NCBI RefSeq assembly: GCF_009914755.1
Contig: NC_060947.1
Length of the DNA: 64,000 nucleotides
Origin: the human T2T-CHM13v2.0 reference genome, Homo sapiens
Reading direction: 5' to 3' (one strand)
The notes beneath the pieces were generated by a model. That model worked only from the letters and a program-made list of their open reading frames with translations. It was not told the origin of the DNA and did not search any database. Shown here piece by piece: positions 63,076 through 64,000 of the stretch; positions within the stretch are counted from its first letter, which is position 1; each line of letters begins with the position of its first letter. The translations under genes were made by a program, and so were the position numbers.

Positions 63076-64000
63076 CCTCTCCCTCTCCCTCTCCCTCCCC
63101 CTCCCCCTCCCTCTCCGTCTCCGTCTCCCTCTCCCCACGGTCTCCCTCTCCCTCTCTTTCCACAGTCTCCCTCTGATGCCGAGCCGAGGCTGGACTGTAC
63201 TGCTGCCATCTCGGCTCACTGCGGCCTCCCTGCCTGGTTCTCCTGCCTCGGCCTGCCGAGTGCCTGCGATTGCGGGTGCACGCCGCCACGCCTGACTGGT
63301 TTTCGTGTTTTTTTGGTGGAGACGGGGTTTCCCTGTGTTGGCCGGGCTGGTCTCCAGCTCCTGGCCGCGAGTGATCCGCCAGCCTCGGCCTCCCGGGGTG
63401 CCGGGATTGCGGGCAGAGTCTCGTTCACTCGGTGCTCAGTGGTGCCCAGGCTGGAGTGCAGTGGTGTGATCTCGGCTCACTACAACCTCCACCTCCCAGC
63501 CGCCTGCCTTGGCCTCCCAGAGTGCCGAGATTGCAGCCTCTGCCCAACCGCCACCCCGTCTGGGAAGTGAGGAGCGTCTCTGCCTGGCCGCCCATCGTCT
63601 GGGATGTGAGGAGCCCCTCTGCCTGGCTGCCCAGTCTGGAAAGTGAGGAGCATCTCTGCCCGGCCGCCATCCCGTCTAGGAAATGAGGAGCGTCTCTGCC
63701 CGGCCGCCCATCGTCTGAGATGTGGGGAGCGCCTCTGCCCTGCCGCCCCGTCTGGGATGTGAGGAGCGTCTCTGCCCGGCAGCCCCGTCTGAGAAGTGAG
63801 GAGACCCTCTGCCTGGCAACCGCCCAGTCTGAGAAGTGAGGAGCCCCTCTGCCCGGCAGCCGCCCCGTCTGAGAAGTGAGGAGCCCCTCTGCCCAGCAGC
63901 CACCCTGTCTGGGAAGTGAGGAGCGTCTCCGCCCGGCAGCCACCCAGTCCGGGAGGGAGATGGGGGTCAGCCCCAGCCAGGCCAGCCGCCCCGTCCGGGA
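63076..64000 (+). mobile_element. SVA retrotransposon 5' part (hexamer, Alu-like domain, VNTR); runs off the window
   Basis: (CCCTCT)n, antisense Alu-like domain, VNTR units GCCCCGTCTGAGAAGTGAGGAG; AGAAAACTGTT at 63065 is a probable TSD. Confidence 0.98.

Noticed and set aside
62952-63943. Several GC-rich ORFs (GEGEGE..., LLTSQTG repeats)
   Set aside because: These are translations of the SVA hexamer and VNTR.

Overview
This is hominid (human or great-ape) genomic DNA: it carries Alu, HERV-H, LTR12 and an SVA. It is almost entirely interspersed repeat, and I can support no intact protein-coding or RNA gene; the ORF track is repeat-derived noise. The left 37 kb is an ERV1 cluster: three LTR12C-type LTRs, a HERV-W LTR17, a MER4A1-type provirus, a two-LTR HERV-H provirus and a MER51A LTR. 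The right part is layered old L1/L2/MIR/hAT sequence ending in an SVA. Four observations stand out. (1) About 26.8-29.1 kb holds a heavily decayed Ty3/gypsy (Sushi/chromovirus-like) pol fossil with RNase H end, HHCC and core integrase, GPY/F, a chromodomain remnant, a PPT and a possible LTR. (2) The SVA's Alu-like domain has about 14 clustered A>G changes, suggesting ADAR editing fixed by retrotransposition. (3) Two independent LTR12 insertions lie 54 bp apart inside one Alu. (4) The HERV-H 5' LTR has lost its TATA box while the 3' LTR has lost its poly(A) signal. Repeat family names come from remembered consensus sequences, not from a search, and boundaries of old repeats are approximate.
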